Source of the DNA: Flaccisagitta enflata
Lineage: Eukaryota
Length of the DNA stretch: 64,000 nucleotides
NCBI GenBank assembly: GCA_965153355.1
Contig: OZ231126.1
Span: 27,404,001-27,468,000 of the forward strand
Reading direction: 5' to 3'
Part shown: in pieces, positions 11,760 to 25,085 of the stretch
How positions within the stretch are numbered: the stretch's first letter is position 1
How the letters are laid out: every line of letters begins with the position of its first letter
Program-made: the position numbers and the translations under genes
Notes under the pieces: generated by a model
What the model saw: only the letters and a program-made list of their open reading frames with translations
What the model was told of the DNA's origin: nothing
Databases searched by the model: none

Positions 11760-11833
11760 GTGAGTCGCTGAAAGTAGGTATGGTTGGCCACTAGCAAAGT
11801 CTTTTTTTTTTTTTGTATTCTTTTATTTAGTTA

Positions 11834-12881
11834 CAGGGGAAGGAGAAATATAAGATGTGAACCCCCCTAAAACTGTAGCACCCCCCCATACAGCTCAAAC
11901 TACGGCAATGAATAATAAATTTAAAGTTGCTTATTAAAGTTTATGACTATACAAGTGGCGCCACACACGCCAAGGGAGAAATCTCTGCAGGCTGTATTAA
12001 ATACTCGGTTTTAATGGCCACTGCTTCTGAGATCAGAGAGACTCCCTCTTATCTTTTTCCATTTGAAATTAAAGAAATGCCCTTCAAAATTTGTTTAAAT
12101 TCAACAAAATATAGTTCTTTAAGAATGTTTTTCGCCAAGGATCTTTCCACTTAAAAGATTTGTATGTTTTGAGTAGAGATTCACATTCCTGGTAAAATTT
12201 CCAGTCGTTTGATAGGTCGCACTATATACTTATACTCATAAAAAAAATTGGCCAATTTTCTTAAAACATAAGATATCAACATTACTATTATAACAACCAA
12301 CAGTAATGTAGGGCAAACTTGAACTTTTTTGTCTCTTAGTAAAAGTATATAGTGCGACCTATCAAATGAATGGAAATTTTACAAGGAATACAATTCTTTT
12401 ACAAAAAATTAAAATGGGTAACCACGATTCAACTTATCTGGCAAAATGTATAAGATATGAAACATTTTGTTGATTTAAAAAGAATTTTGAAGGAGAATTT
12501 TTTTCTCTTTAGTACCAAGTGATAGAATAGACCTTCCTGAAACCCATACCACTCATCGTCATGACCGAGCATTTTTCTTGACCTATGAAAGCCTCCCCCG
12601 TAGCGTGCACAAGAGCGATTTTGCAAATTTCATTCCAGTCTCAAATTATACTGGAAAATCCTTGATTTTATGAACTTATAATAATAGTTAATTTCAATAC
12701 TTTATTAAGCTATATCTTGACTTAAAAAACAAAAATGAAAAATCGCTCTGGTGACGCCACTTGTATTAATATAAACATTTTCCCTCCACTTATAGAATAA
12801 CTATAATTTAATCGGTTAGAGCTGCAGGTGGGGGTGCTACAGTTTTCAGGGGGTTCACATCTTATATTTCTCCTTCCTCTG
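11834..12881. mobile_element. Tc1/mariner-type MITE, 1048 bp
   Basis: TIR over 50 bp CAG(G/A)GGAAGGAGAAATATAAGATGTGAACCCCC..., TA on both flanks; shorter copy at 54648-55047. Confidence 0.88.
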
Positions 12882-12984
12882 TACTTGGTTCCATAAGGTT
12901 TTTTTCCTGGGGCTCTAGCAAAGGCTTGTTCGTCTTTTTCAGCAAATCGTCTAAAAAGTCAAAACTATGATGGAGTGCAAAGAA

Positions 12985-13182
12985 AAGCTGATGAAAAGAT
13001 TGGAGGAAAGCTTGAAAAGAACAAAAATGGAAAGCTTGAAAAGGGCAAAAATGGTAAGCTTGAGAAAGGAAAACCTGGAAAGCTTGAGAGAGGAAAACCT
13101 GCAAAGCTTGAGAGAGGAAAACCTGCAAAGCTTGAGAGAGGAAAACCTGCAAAGCTTGAGAGAGGAAAACCTGCAAAGCTTA
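12985..13182. repeat. 24-bp minisatellite AAAGCTTGAGAGAGGAAAACCTGC
   Basis: Tandem periodicity. Confidence 0.9.
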
Positions 13183-13479
13183 GTACAGGTGTGGAGACCA
13201 GTTTTTACAGCGTTTCATAGTCGTGTATTTTCAGCTTTCCAGAAGTTATTGTTTTGTTTCTGTTAGTTTTACTTCATCAACCATTCTACCTTCCAATCTT
13301 GATTTCTGTTGACCCTAATACTTTTTGCTGGGATTCCCCTATCAGTAAACAATATTTCCTGTATACATTTCTTCTCTTCTCCTTTCCTCCCTCCCCCTCA
13401 CGAGTTTAGGCCTAAAAGAGCACCACAACTTTTATAACGAAAGCTAATTTCTTCCCCGTCACTCTTATTCCTCCTTAAG

Positions 13480-13728
13480 GATCCGTTTTGCTGGTATCGA
13501 ATCTGGAGGAATCGAAAACGACGCCGGACAAACTGTTTACTTTATTCGGCGTTTACGGCGACGTCACCCGCGTCAAGATTCTCTTCAATAAAAAGGACAC
13601 GGCGTTAATTCAGTTCGCCGACGCTCACATGGCCGACACAGCCAGGCAGCATCTGGACAAAGTCACCGTCGCTGGCAAAGCCATCAGCGTCAGAAGCTCC
13701 AAACATTCGACTGTTTCTATGCCCAAAG
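13480..13728 (+). CDS. PTBP1: PTB homologue exon, entire RRM3
   Basis: SVLLVSNL...TPDKLFTLFGVYGDVTRVKILFNKKDTALIQFAD...SKHSTVSMPK, very close to PTB RRM3; phase 1/1. Confidence 0.96.
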
Positions 13729-14549
13729 GTGAGAGGTTTTGAGGTGTGTTAAACTATGACTCATTTGACCAGTTACCTCTCTTTGATAAGTTTTTACAAT
13801 TTTTATCTCCTGCGCGTCGACAATGATCGGAATGAAACACAAGAAAATCATAATCGAATGTGTTATGAGTTTTTGAAGATCCGTATTGTTAAGTGACACA
13901 GGGTTGATTGTCCGAGATAAAGCGAATGTTTGTAGCCCTGATGTCATTACCTTCGGGAATAATCTAAAACCCATTATAACTACATCTTACGTTTAAGGTT
14001 TTTGTACTAATAGCAACCATTTATTTGGACCCCTGGGTCTGTGTTGGTTGCTATATATTATATTATATCATATCTTGCCGTTTTCAGAAGAAACCAAACT
14101 TTTTCGACATAACCGGAGGATTTTCTAATGAGTCTAATGACTAATGACGTCTAATGACTGCCCGGTCATTAGAGTCATTAGAGTCATTAGACTCATTAGA
14201 GTCATTAGAGTCATTAGAGTCATTAGTCATTAGAGGTCATAAGAAGTCATTAGAAGTCTCTAATGACTCATGAGTCTAATGAGTCTAATGAGTCTAATGA
14301 CTCTAATGAGTCTAATGACTCTAATGAGTCTAATGACTCTAATGACTCGGTCCGTAGAGTGAAAAGTCTCTAAAAAATCTTGTCAAATGGTAAAAAGGTC
14401 TTTTATGACCAAAGAAAATTTGGGCTGGAGAAAAAGTCTTGTCCCAAAAGAGGGTAAAAAATGGCTCTTTCAAGACCAATGACTGCAATATGCAAATGAG
14501 ATTATTGGACACTTTTTAATGTCTTTAAGTTCAAGGGATTTTATAAATA

Positions 14550-14757
14550 AACAAGTGACGCGGGGTCACAATATCGTTGCGGACGGGTGGGCAGGGGCAT
14601 CCAACCCCCTTCCACACCCATGCTCATCCCCAAAAAGTATCAAAAACGCTTGTTTTCCCGCTATTCAACTCGATGACCACGGACCATCGGACGGACGGAC
14701 CAACGGACGGACGGACGGACAAAGCCTCTTATAGAGTTGCGTGTCCGCAACTAAAAA
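14550..14757 (-). mobile_element. HINE-like element, family C, inserted in an A-run of a satellite unit
   Basis: AGTTGCGGAC subterminal inverted repeat, (GACG)n core; relatives at 56068-56270 and 56453-56656. Confidence 0.75.
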
Positions 14758-17700
14758 CAAGGGGGCTAGGGTGGTGGGTGGGTTAAGGCAGTCATTAGAA
14801 AAAAAAGTCTTGTTGAATATAAGGATATGGTTGGGGCTATAAAGGCAGGGGTTTTAAAGGGGGATTTTATTTTTTCTAATGACTAATGACTCATGGTCTG
14901 TAAAGTGAAAAGTCTTTAAAAAGTCTTGTCAAAAGGCAAAAAGGTCTTTTTTGACCAAGGAAAAGTTGGGCTGAAGAAAGTCTTGTCCCAAAAAAAGTTT
15001 AAAAATGGGTCTTTTGAGTCGATTGACTGCAATATGCAAATGAGATTATTGGACACTTTTCAATGTCTTTAAGTTCAAGGGATTTTATAAATAAAAAACA
15101 AGGGGGCTAGGGTGGTGGGTGGGTTAAGGCAGTCATTAGAAAAAAAAGTCTTGTTGAATATAAGGATATGGTTGGGGCTATAAAGGAAGGGGTTTTTAAG
15201 GGGGATTTTTTTTCTTCTAATGACTAATGACTATAATGACTCATGGTCTGTAAAGTGAAAAGTCTTTAAAAAGTCTTGTCAAAAATTAAAAACGTTTTTT
15301 TTGACCAAGGAAAATTTGGGCTGGGGAAAAAGTCTTGTCCCAAAAGAAGGTAAAAAATGGCTCTTTCAGGACCAATGACTCATGGTCTGTAAAGTGAAAA
15401 GTCTTTAGAAAGTCTAGTCAAAAGGCTAAAGGTCTTTTTTGACCAAAGAAAAGTTGGGCTGGAAAAAAAGTCTTGTCCCAAAAAAGTTTAAAAATGGGTC
15501 TTTTGGGTCGAATGACTGCAATATGCAAATGAGATTATTGGACACTTTTCAATGTCTTTAAGTTCAAGGGATTTTATAAATAAAAAACAAGGGGGCTAGG
15601 GTGGTGGGTGGGTTAAGGCAGTCATTAGAAAAAAAAGTCTTGTTGAATATAAGGATATGGTTGGGGCTATAAAGGCAGGGGTTTTTAAGGGGGATTTTTT
15701 TCTTCTAATGACTAATGACTCTAATGACTCTAATGACTCTAATGACTCTAATGACTCTAATGACTCATGGTCTGTAAAGTGAAAAGTCTTTAAAAAGGTC
15801 TTTTTTGACCAAGGAAAAGTTGGGCTGTAGAAAAAGTCTTGTCCCAAAAAAAGTTTAAAAATGGGACTTTTGGGTCAAATGACTGCAATATGCAAATGAG
15901 TTTATTGGACATTTTTCAATGTCTTTAAGTTCAAGGGATTTTATAAATAAAAAACAAGGGGGCTAGGGTGGTGGGTAGGTTAAGGCAGTCATTAGAAAAA
16001 AAAGTCTTGTTGAATATAAGGATATGGTTGGGGCTATAAAGGCAGGGGTTTTAAAGGGGGATTTTATTTTTTCTAATGACTAATGACTAATGACTCATGG
16101 TCTGTAAAGTGAAAAGTCTTTAAAAAGTCTTGTCAAAAGGCAAAAAGGTCTTTTTTGACCAAGGAAAAGTTGGGCTGAAGAAAGTCTTGTCCCAAAAAAA
16201 GTTTAAGAATGGGTCTTTTGAGTCGAATGACTGCAATATGCAAATGAGATTATTGGACACTTTTCAATGTCTTTAAGTTCAAGGGATTTTATAAATAAAA
16301 AACAAGGGGGCTAGGGTGGTGGGTGGGTTAAGGCAGTCATTAGAAAAAAAAGTCTTGTTGAATATAAGGATATGGTTGGGGCTATAAAGGAAGGGGTTTT
16401 TAAGGGGGATTTTTTTTCTTCTAATGACTCTAATGACTATAATGACTCATGGTCTGTAAAGTGAAAAGTCTTTAAAAAGTCTTGTCAAAAATTAAAAACG
16501 TTTTTTTTGACCAAGGAAAATTTGGGCTGGGGAAAAAGTCTTGTCCCAAAAGAAGGTAAAAAATGGCTCTTTCAGGACCAATGACTCATGGTCTGTAAAG
16601 TGAAAAGTCTTTAAAAAGTCTTGTCAAAAGGCGAAAAGGTCTTTTTTGACCAAAGAGAAGTTGGGCTGGAAAAAAAGTCTTGCCCCAAAAAGTTTAAAAA
16701 TGGGTCTTTTGGGTCGAATGACTGCAATATGCAAATGAGATTATTGGACACTTTTCAATGTCTTTAAGTTCAAGGGATTTTATAAATAAAAAACAAGGGG
16801 GCTAGGGTGGTGGGTGGGTTAAGGCAGCCATTAGAAAAAAAAGTCTTGTTGAATATAAGGATATGGTTGGGGCTATAAAGGCAGGGGTTTTAAAGGGGGA
16901 TTTTATTTTTTCTAATGACTAATGACTAATGACTCATGGTCTGTAAAGTGAAAAGTCTTTAAAAAGTCTTGTCAAAAATTAAAAACGTTTTTTTTGACCA
17001 AGGAAAATTTGGGCTGGGGAAAAAGTCTTGTCCCAAAAGAAGGTAAAAAATGGCTCTTTCAGGACCAATGACTCATGGTCTGTAAAGTGAAAAGTCTTTA
17101 AAAAGTCTTGTCAAAAGGCTAAAGGTCTTTTTTGACCAAAGAAAAGTTGGGCTGGAAAAAAAGTCTTGTCCCAAAAAAGTTTAAAAATGGGTCTTTTGGG
17201 TCGAATGACTGCAATATGCAAATGAGATTATTGGACACTTTTCAATGTCTTTAAGTTCAAGGGATTTTATAAATAAAAAACAAGGGGGCTAGGGTGGTGG
17301 GTGGGTTAAGGCAGTCATTAGAAAAAAAAGTCTTGTTGAATATAAGGATATGGTTGGGGCTATAAAGGCAGGGGTTTTTAAGGGGGATTTTTTTCTTCTA
17401 ATGACTAATGACTCTAATGACTCTAATGACTCTAATGACTCTAATGACTCTAATGACTCTAATGACTCTAATGACTCATGGTCTGTAAAGTGAAAAGTCT
17501 TTAAAAAGGTCTTTTTTGACCAAGGAAAAGTTGGGCTGTAGAAAAAGTCTTGTCCCAAAAAAAGTTTAAAAATGGGACTTTTGGGTCAAATGACTGCAAT
17601 ATGCAAATGAGATTATTGGACATTTTTCAATGTCTTTAAGTTCAAGGGATTTTATAAATAAAAAACAAGGGGGCTAGGGTGGTGGGTGGGTTAAGGCAGT

Positions 17701-20700
17701 CATTAGAAAAAAAAGTCTTGTTGAATATAAGGATATGGTTGGGGCTATAAAGGCAGGGGTTTTTAAGGGGGATTTTTTTCTTCTAATGACTCTCTAATGA
17801 CTCTAATGACTCTAATGACTCTAATGACTCTAATGACTCTAATGACTCATGGTCTGTAAAGTGAAAAGTCTTTAAAAAGTCTTGTCAAAAGGCAAAAAGG
17901 TCTTTTTTGACCAAGGAAAAGTTGGGCTGGAGAAAAAGTCTTGTCCCAAAAAAAGTTTAAAAATGGGTCTTTTGGGTCAAATGACTGCAATATGCAAATG
18001 AGATTATTGGACACTTTTCAATGTCTTTAAGTTCAAGGGATTTTATAAATAAAAAACAAGGGGGCTAGGGTGGTGGGTGGGTTAAGGCAGTCATTAGAAA
18101 AAAAAGTCTTGTTGAATATAAGGATATGGTTGGGGCTATAAAGGCAGGGGTTTTAAAGGGGGATTTTATTTTTTCTAATGACTCTAATGACTCTAATGAC
18201 TCATGGTCTGTAAAGTGAAAAGTCTTTAAAAAGTCTTGTCAAAAGGCAAAAAGGTCTTTTTTGACCAAGGAAAAGTTGGGCTGGAGAAAAAGTCTTGTCC
18301 CAAAAAAAGTTTAAAAATGGGTCTTTTGGGTCGAATGACTGCAATATGCAAATGAGATTATTGGACACTTTTCAATGTCTTTAAGTTCAAGGGATTTTAT
18401 AAATAAAAAACAAGGGGGCTAGGGTGGTGGGTGGGTTAAGGCAGTCATTAGAAAAAAAAAGTCTTGTTGAATATAAGGATATGGTTGGGGCTATAAAGGC
18501 AGGGGTTTTAAAGGGGGATTTTATTTTTTCTAATGACTAATGACTCTAATGACTCGTGGTCTGTAAAGTGAAAAGTCTTTAAAAAGTCTTGTCAAAAGTT
18601 AAAAAGGTCTTTTTTGACCAAGGAAAATTTGGGCTGGAGAAAAAGTCTTGTCCCAAAAGAAGGTAAAAAATGGCTCTTTTGGGACCAAATGACTCATGGT
18701 CTGTAAAGTGAAAAGTCTTTAAAATGTCTTGTCAAAAGGCAAAAAGGTCTTATTTGACCAAAGAAAGTTGGGCTGGAGAAAAAGTCTTGTCCCAAAAAAA
18801 GTTTAAAAATGGGTCTTTTGGGTCAAATGACTGCAATATGCAAATGAGATTATTGGACACTTTTCAATGTCTTTAAGTTCAAGGGATTTTATAAATAAAA
18901 AACAAGGGGGCTAGGGTGGTGGGTGGGTTAAGGCAGTCATTAGAAAAAAAAGTCTTGTTGAGTATAAGGATATGGTTGGGGCTATAAAGGCAGGGGTTTG
19001 AAAGGGGGATTTTATTTTTTTCTAATGACTCTAATGACTCTAATGACTCATGGTCTGTAAAGTGAAAAGTCTTTAAAAAGTCTTGTCAAAAGGCAAAAAG
19101 GTCTTTTTTTGACCAAAGAAAAGTTGGGCTGGAGAAAAAGTCTTGTCCCAAAAAAAGTATTAAAAAGGGTCTTTTGGGTCAAATGACTGCAATATGCAAA
19201 TGAGATTATTGGACACTTTTCAATGTCTTTAAGTTGAAGGGATTTTATAAATAAAAAACAAGGGGGCTAGGGTGGTGGGTGGGTTAAGGTAGTCATTAGA
19301 AAAAAAAAAGTCTTGTTGAATATAAGGATATGGTTGGGGCTATAAAGGCAGGGGTTTTAAAGGGGGATTTTATTTTTTCTAATGACTCTAATGACTCTAA
19401 TGACTCGTGGTCTGTAAAGTGAAAAGTCTTTAAAAAGTCTTGTCAAAAGTTAAAAAGGTTTTTTTTGACCAAGGAAAATTTGGGCTGGGGAAAAAGTCTT
19501 GTCCCAAAAGAAGGTAAAAAATGGCTCTTTTGGGACCAATGACTCATGGTCTGTAAAGTGAAAAGTCTTTAAAAAGTCTTGTCAAAAGGCAAAAAGGTCT
19601 TTTTTGACCAAAGAAAAGTTGGGCTGGAAAAAAAGTCTTGTCCCAAAAAAAGTTTAAAAATGGGTCTTTTGGGTCGAATGACTGCAATATGCAAATGAGA
19701 TTATTGGACACTTTTCAATGTCTTTAAGTTCAAGGGATTTTATAAATAAAAAACAAGGGGGCTAGGGTGGTGGGTGGGTTAAGGCAGTCATTAGAAAAAA
19801 AAAGTCTTGTTGAATATAAGGATATGGTTGGGGCTATAAAGGCAGGGGTATTAAAGGGGGATTTTATTTTCTCTAATGACTCCAATGACTCTCATGACTC
19901 ATGGTCTGTAAAGTGAAAAGTCTTTAAAAAGTCTTGTCAAAAGTTAAAAAGGTCTTTTTTGACCAAGGAAAATTTGGGCTGGAGAAAAAGTCTTGTCCCA
20001 AAAGAAGGTAAAAAATGGCTCTTTTGGGACCAATGACTCATGGTCTGTAAAGTGAAAAGTCTTTAAAAAGTCTTGTCAAAAGGCAAAAAGGTCTTTTTTG
20101 ACCAAAGAAAAGTTGGGCTGGAGAAAAAGTCTTGTCCCAAAAAAAGTTTAAAAATGGGTCTTTTGGGTCAAATGACTGCAATATGCAAATGAGATTATTG
20201 GACACTTTTCAATGTCTTTAAGTTCAAGGGATTTTATAAAAAAAAAACAAGGGGGCTAGGGTGGTGGGTGGGTTAAGGCAGTCATTAGAAAAAAAAGTCT
20301 TGTTGAATATAAGGATATGGTTGGGGCTATAAAGGCAGGGGTTTTAATGGGGGATTTTATTTTTTCTAATGACTCTAATGACTCGTGGTCTGTAAAGCAA
20401 AAAGTCTTTAAAAAGTCTTGTCAAAAGTTAAAAACGTTTTTTTTGACCAAAGAAAGGTTGGGCTGGGAAAAAAGTCTTGTCCCAAAAAAGTTTAAAAATG
20501 GGTCTTTTGGGTCGAATGACTGCAATATGCAAATGAGATTATTGGACACTTTTCAATGTTTTTAAGTTCAAGGGATTTTATAAATAAAAAACAAGGGGGC
20601 TAGGGTGGTAGGTGGGTTAAGGCAGTCATTAGAAGAAAAAAAAGTCTTGTTGAATATAAGGATATGGTTGGGGCTATAAAGGCAGGGGATTTAAAGGGGG

Positions 20701-21113
20701 ATTTTATTTTCTCTAATGACTCGTGGTCTGAAAAGTGAAAAGTCTTTAAAAAGTCTTGTCAAAAGTTAAAAAGGTCTTTTTTGACCAAGGAAAATTTGGG
20801 CTGGAGAAAAAGTCTTGTCCCAAAAGAAAGTAAAAAATGGCTCTTTTGGGACCAATGACTCATGGTCTGTAAAGTGAAAAGTCTTTAAAAAGTCTTGTCA
20901 AAAGGCAAAAAGGTCTTTTTTGACCGAAGAAAAGTTGGGCTGGAGAAAAAGTCTTGTCCCAAAAAAAGTTTAAAAATGGGTCTTTTGGGTCAAATGACTG
21001 CAATATGCAAATGAGATTATTGGACACTTTTCAATGTCTTTAAGTTCAAGGAATCTTATAAATAAAAAACAAGGGGGCTAGGGTGGTGGGTGGGTTAAGG
21101 CAGTCATTAGAAA

Positions 21114-21367
21114 AACAAGGACAACCCATTACAGTCGCGTGCGGTTGTTAAGACAATTTGACTAAAAGACAAAAGGACCAAAAGCCTAAGAGACTAAATG
21201 TTAATTGACTAAATGTAAATTAACATAAATTAACTTTAAATAACTAAAAATGACTTTAAATGGCGTCAAACGTCGAAAAAAAGCTAAAAAAAGCTAAGTG
21301 GGACCAACCGACAGACGGACCGACAGACGGACAGAGTGGGTCAGAGTTGCGTGCACGCGACTAAAAA
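21114..21367 (-). mobile_element. HINE-like element inserted in an A-run of a satellite unit
   Basis: AGTCGCGTGC inverted repeat, GAC(C/G/A) microsatellite; relative at 63374-63577; empty sites in sister units. Confidence 0.78.
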
Positions 21368-22649
21368 GTCTTGTTGAATATAAGGATATGGTTGGGGCTA
21401 TAAAGGCAGGGGTTTTAAAGGGGGATTTTATTTTTTCTAATGACTCTAATGACTCTAATAACTCGTGGTCTGTAAAGTGAAAAGTCTTTAAAAAGTCTTG
21501 TCAAAAGGTAAAAAGGTCTTTTTTGGTCAAAGAAAAGTTGGGCTGGAGAAAAAGTCTTGTCCCAAAAAAAGTTTAAAAATGGGTCTTTTGGGTCGAATGA
21601 CTGCAATATGCAAATGAGATTATTGGACACTTTTCAATGTCTTTAAGTTCAAGGGATTTTATAAATAAAAAACAAGGGGGCTAGGGTGGTGGGTGGGTTA
21701 AGGCAGTCATTAGAAAAAAAAAAGTCTTGTTGAATATAAGGATATGGTTGGGGCTATAAAGGCAGGGGTTTTAAAGGGGGATTTTATTTTTTCTAACGAC
21801 TCTAATGACTCTAATGACTCATGGTCTGTAAAGTGAAAAGTCTTTAAAAAGTCTTGTCAAAAGGCAAAAAGGTCTTATTTGACCAAAGAAAAGTTGGGCT
21901 GGAGAAAAAGTCTTGTCCCAAAAAAAGTTTAAAAATGGGTCTTTTGGGTCGAATGACTGCAATATGCAAATGAGATTATTAGACACTTTTCAATGTCTTT
22001 AAGCTCAAGGGATTTCATAAAAAAAAACCAAGGGAGCTAGGGTGGTGGGTGGGTTAAGGCATTAGAAAAAAAAGTCTTGTTGAACATAAGGATATGGTTG
22101 GGGCTATAAAGGCAGGGGTTTTTAAGGGGGATTTTATTTTTCTTATGACCTGTAATGACTAACGACTTCTAATGACTCATGGGCTGTAGCAAGAAAAATC
22201 ACCACATGTGATCCCTATAAGAGAAAGCTTCATTTTAAAAAAAAGCATGTCCCTATGATGTACAGCAAAACTAATTTGGAATTTTTTTTTATTCTAGCTT
22301 CTCCACCCATTGCCCCAACCACCCACCCCCACTGCCCCACCTCATGCGATCCCTATAAAGGAAAGCTTTTCTAAAGGATTGTGCTACTTTTGAATATATG
22401 CATTCCCTTATAATGACTACATGCGGTAGGGTGGTGGGTGGGTGGGGTGGTGGCTGTACTTTGTCAGGTCACACTTGTTTTGAAAAGCAGCTTTCCCTTT
22501 TAAGAACCGCATACGGTGGGGCGGTGGGTGGGTGGGGCAGTGGCTGTACCCCTTAGGGTCGCGCTCCTTTTGAAAAGAACCTTTCCCTTTAATGGATCGC
22601 CTGCGATGGGATGGTGGTTCTGAAGTTTGCAAAAACATCGCCTTCATCA

Positions 22650-23910
22650 AAATTGAGAAACTTTTCCTTTGGCACAAGTTGAGAAACTTAGCTTTCTAAG
22701 TTGAGAAACTTTGCCTTTGGCAAAGTTGAGAAACTTTGCCTTTGGCAAAGTTGGAAAACATTACCTTCGGCAAAGTTAAGAAACATTGCCTTCGGCAAAG
22801 TTGAGAGACTTTGCTTTTAGCAAAGTTGAGAGACTATGCCTTTGGCAAAGTTAAGAAACTTTGCCTTTGGCAAAGTTAAAGAACTCTAAACGCAACCCAG
22901 TCCCTAACCCTAAACTCAACCCAGTTCCTCACCCTAAACTCAACCCAGTTCCTAAACCTAAACTCAACCCAGTTCCTAACCCTAAACTCCACCCAGTCCC
23001 TAACCCTTAACTCAACCCAGTCACTAACCCTTAACCAGTCCCTAAACCTAAGCTCAAACCAGTCCCTAACCCTCAACTCAACCCAGTCCCTAACCCTAAA
23101 CTCAACCCAGACCCTAACCCTAAACTCAACCCAGTCCCTAACCCTAAATTCAACCAGTCCCTAACCCTAAATTCAACCAGTCCCTAAGCCTAAACTCAAC
23201 CAGTCCCTAACCCTAAACTCAAACCAGTTCCCAACTCTTGACTCAAACCAGTTTCTAACCCTAAACTCAACCCAGTCACTAACCCTTAACTCAATCCAGT
23301 CCCTGACCCAAAACTCAACCCAGACCCTAAACTCAAACCAGTCCCTAACCCTAAACTCAACCCAGACCCCAACCCTAAACTCAACCCAGACCCTAACCCT
23401 AAACTCAACCCAGTCCCTAACCCTAAACTAAACCCAGTTCCTAACCCTAAACTCAACTCAGTTCCTAACCCTAAATTCAACTCAGTTCCTAACCCTAAAT
23501 TCAACTCAGTCCCTAACCTTAAACTCAACCAGTCCCTAACCCTAAACTCAACCAGTCCCTAACCCTAAACTCAAACCCGTCCCTAACCCTAAAGTCAAAC
23601 CAGTTGCTAAGCCTAAATTCAACCCAGTTGCTAAGCCTAAATTCAACCCAGTTGCTAAGCCTAAATTCAACCCAGTTGCTAAGCCTAAATTCAACCCAGT
23701 TGCCAACCCTAAATTCAACCCAGTTGCTAACCCTAAATTCAAGCCAGTTTTTAACCCTAAACCCAACCCATTCCCTAACCCTGAACTCAACCCAGTCCCT
23801 AACCTTAAATACAATCCAGTCCTTATTCCTAAACTCAATCCAATCCTTATTGCCAAACTCAATCCAGTCCCTAACCCTAACTTCAACCAAGACCCTAACC
23901 CTACACCAGA
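22650..23910. repeat. 25-bp array GGCAAAGTTGAGAAACTTTGCCTTT followed by 24-bp CCCTAA-derived array (left arm)
   Basis: Periodicity read directly. Confidence 0.92.
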
Positions 23911-24148
23911 CCTCTTGATTATGATTATCTTCCGAGCAGCAGGATTTTTATACTAAATTCTTCCGACAGACCCTTTTTACTATTACTAAATAAAAAGTTA
24001 CAATAAATCGGGGTTTCAGCACTCAAAAATATTTTCAGATTCATCTTTGAATCTGTTTAAAAGGATGCGATGGTAGTTGGATGGGAGATATCTTTTTTTT
24101 AAAGATTTTGAAAATTTCTATTTCATGGTTTTAAGAGAAGAAATGCCC

Positions 24149-25085
24149 CAGGGTTGGAAGGGTGGATTAATCCATTTGAAAAAATCCTGAATTAATCCAA
24201 ATGGATAAAATGGATTTTTTCAAAAAATTTTTTGAAAAAATCTGGATTTTTTCAAATTTTTTAATTTTTTTTGCAAAAATGACCAAACCTCTAAGGAAGA
24301 TATTTTTCAATGGTTTCAAGTCCTGAATAAGACAATCTTTTATTTTCTCACAGATTTTTAGTCGCGTGCACGCGACTCTACAACCCGCTTTGTCGGTCCA
24401 TCCGTCCGTTGGTCCATCGGTCCATCGGTCCGTCGGTCCGTCGGTCCATCCGTCACACTTTACTTTTTTGGCGTTTTTGAGCTTTTTGGCCATACTGCTC
24501 CTGCCCAAATGCTTGGCTGACCTCAAATATGGCCCCTGCCCACCCGCACGCGACTGGGGTAGCCGTGTATCCAGCCTTGTTTTCTGTCTTTGAACGTATG
24601 AGGGCTTTTGTTTCTGAGAAACTTTCTCTTGACCAAAAGCATCTCGAACTCTGTGTGATTGAATCCAGGATACAGTAGAACGCTAGCAATCGATTTTATG
24701 AATTACATTTTCTCAATAATGCGCCATGCATATTATCTTATTAAATAGTTTTATTAAAGTTATGTGTATCCTTTTATCATATCTTGGTGTACGTAATTTT
24801 CGCAGAAATACATCTTTGAACCGGGATAACCAGGTGTGAAAAACATTTCCACTGTTGCCTGTTGAACTGCTCTATATTCATTTTATTAATCATTTATCTG
24901 TTACTTATCACATTTAATCATTGTATGCCCTATATCAATATCATAACCAGTAGTTAATCACATCGTATGGCGCATTTTTGAAAAAATCCACCGATTGAAA
25001 AAATCCACGATTTTATCCAGATTAATCCAAAATGGATTAATCCAAATGGATTTTTTCAAAAAAAATGGATTTTTTAACAACCCTG
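24149..25085. mobile_element. hAT-like MITE, 937 bp, with nested HINE at 24355-24581
   Basis: TIR CAGGGTTG; 8-bp TSD AAATGCCC at 24141-24148 and 25086-25093. Confidence 0.88.

Larger units (their letters stand above)
14350..22190. repeat. Satellite of about 19 units, short (~345-390 bp) and long (~490 bp) forms, with nested (CTAATGACT)n
   Basis: Spacing of the marker AAACAAGGGGGCTAGGG. Confidence 0.95.

Noticed and set aside
14350-22190. CRISPR-like repeat-spacer array
   Set aside because: Whole units repeat with no unique spacers; eukaryotic intron, no cas genes
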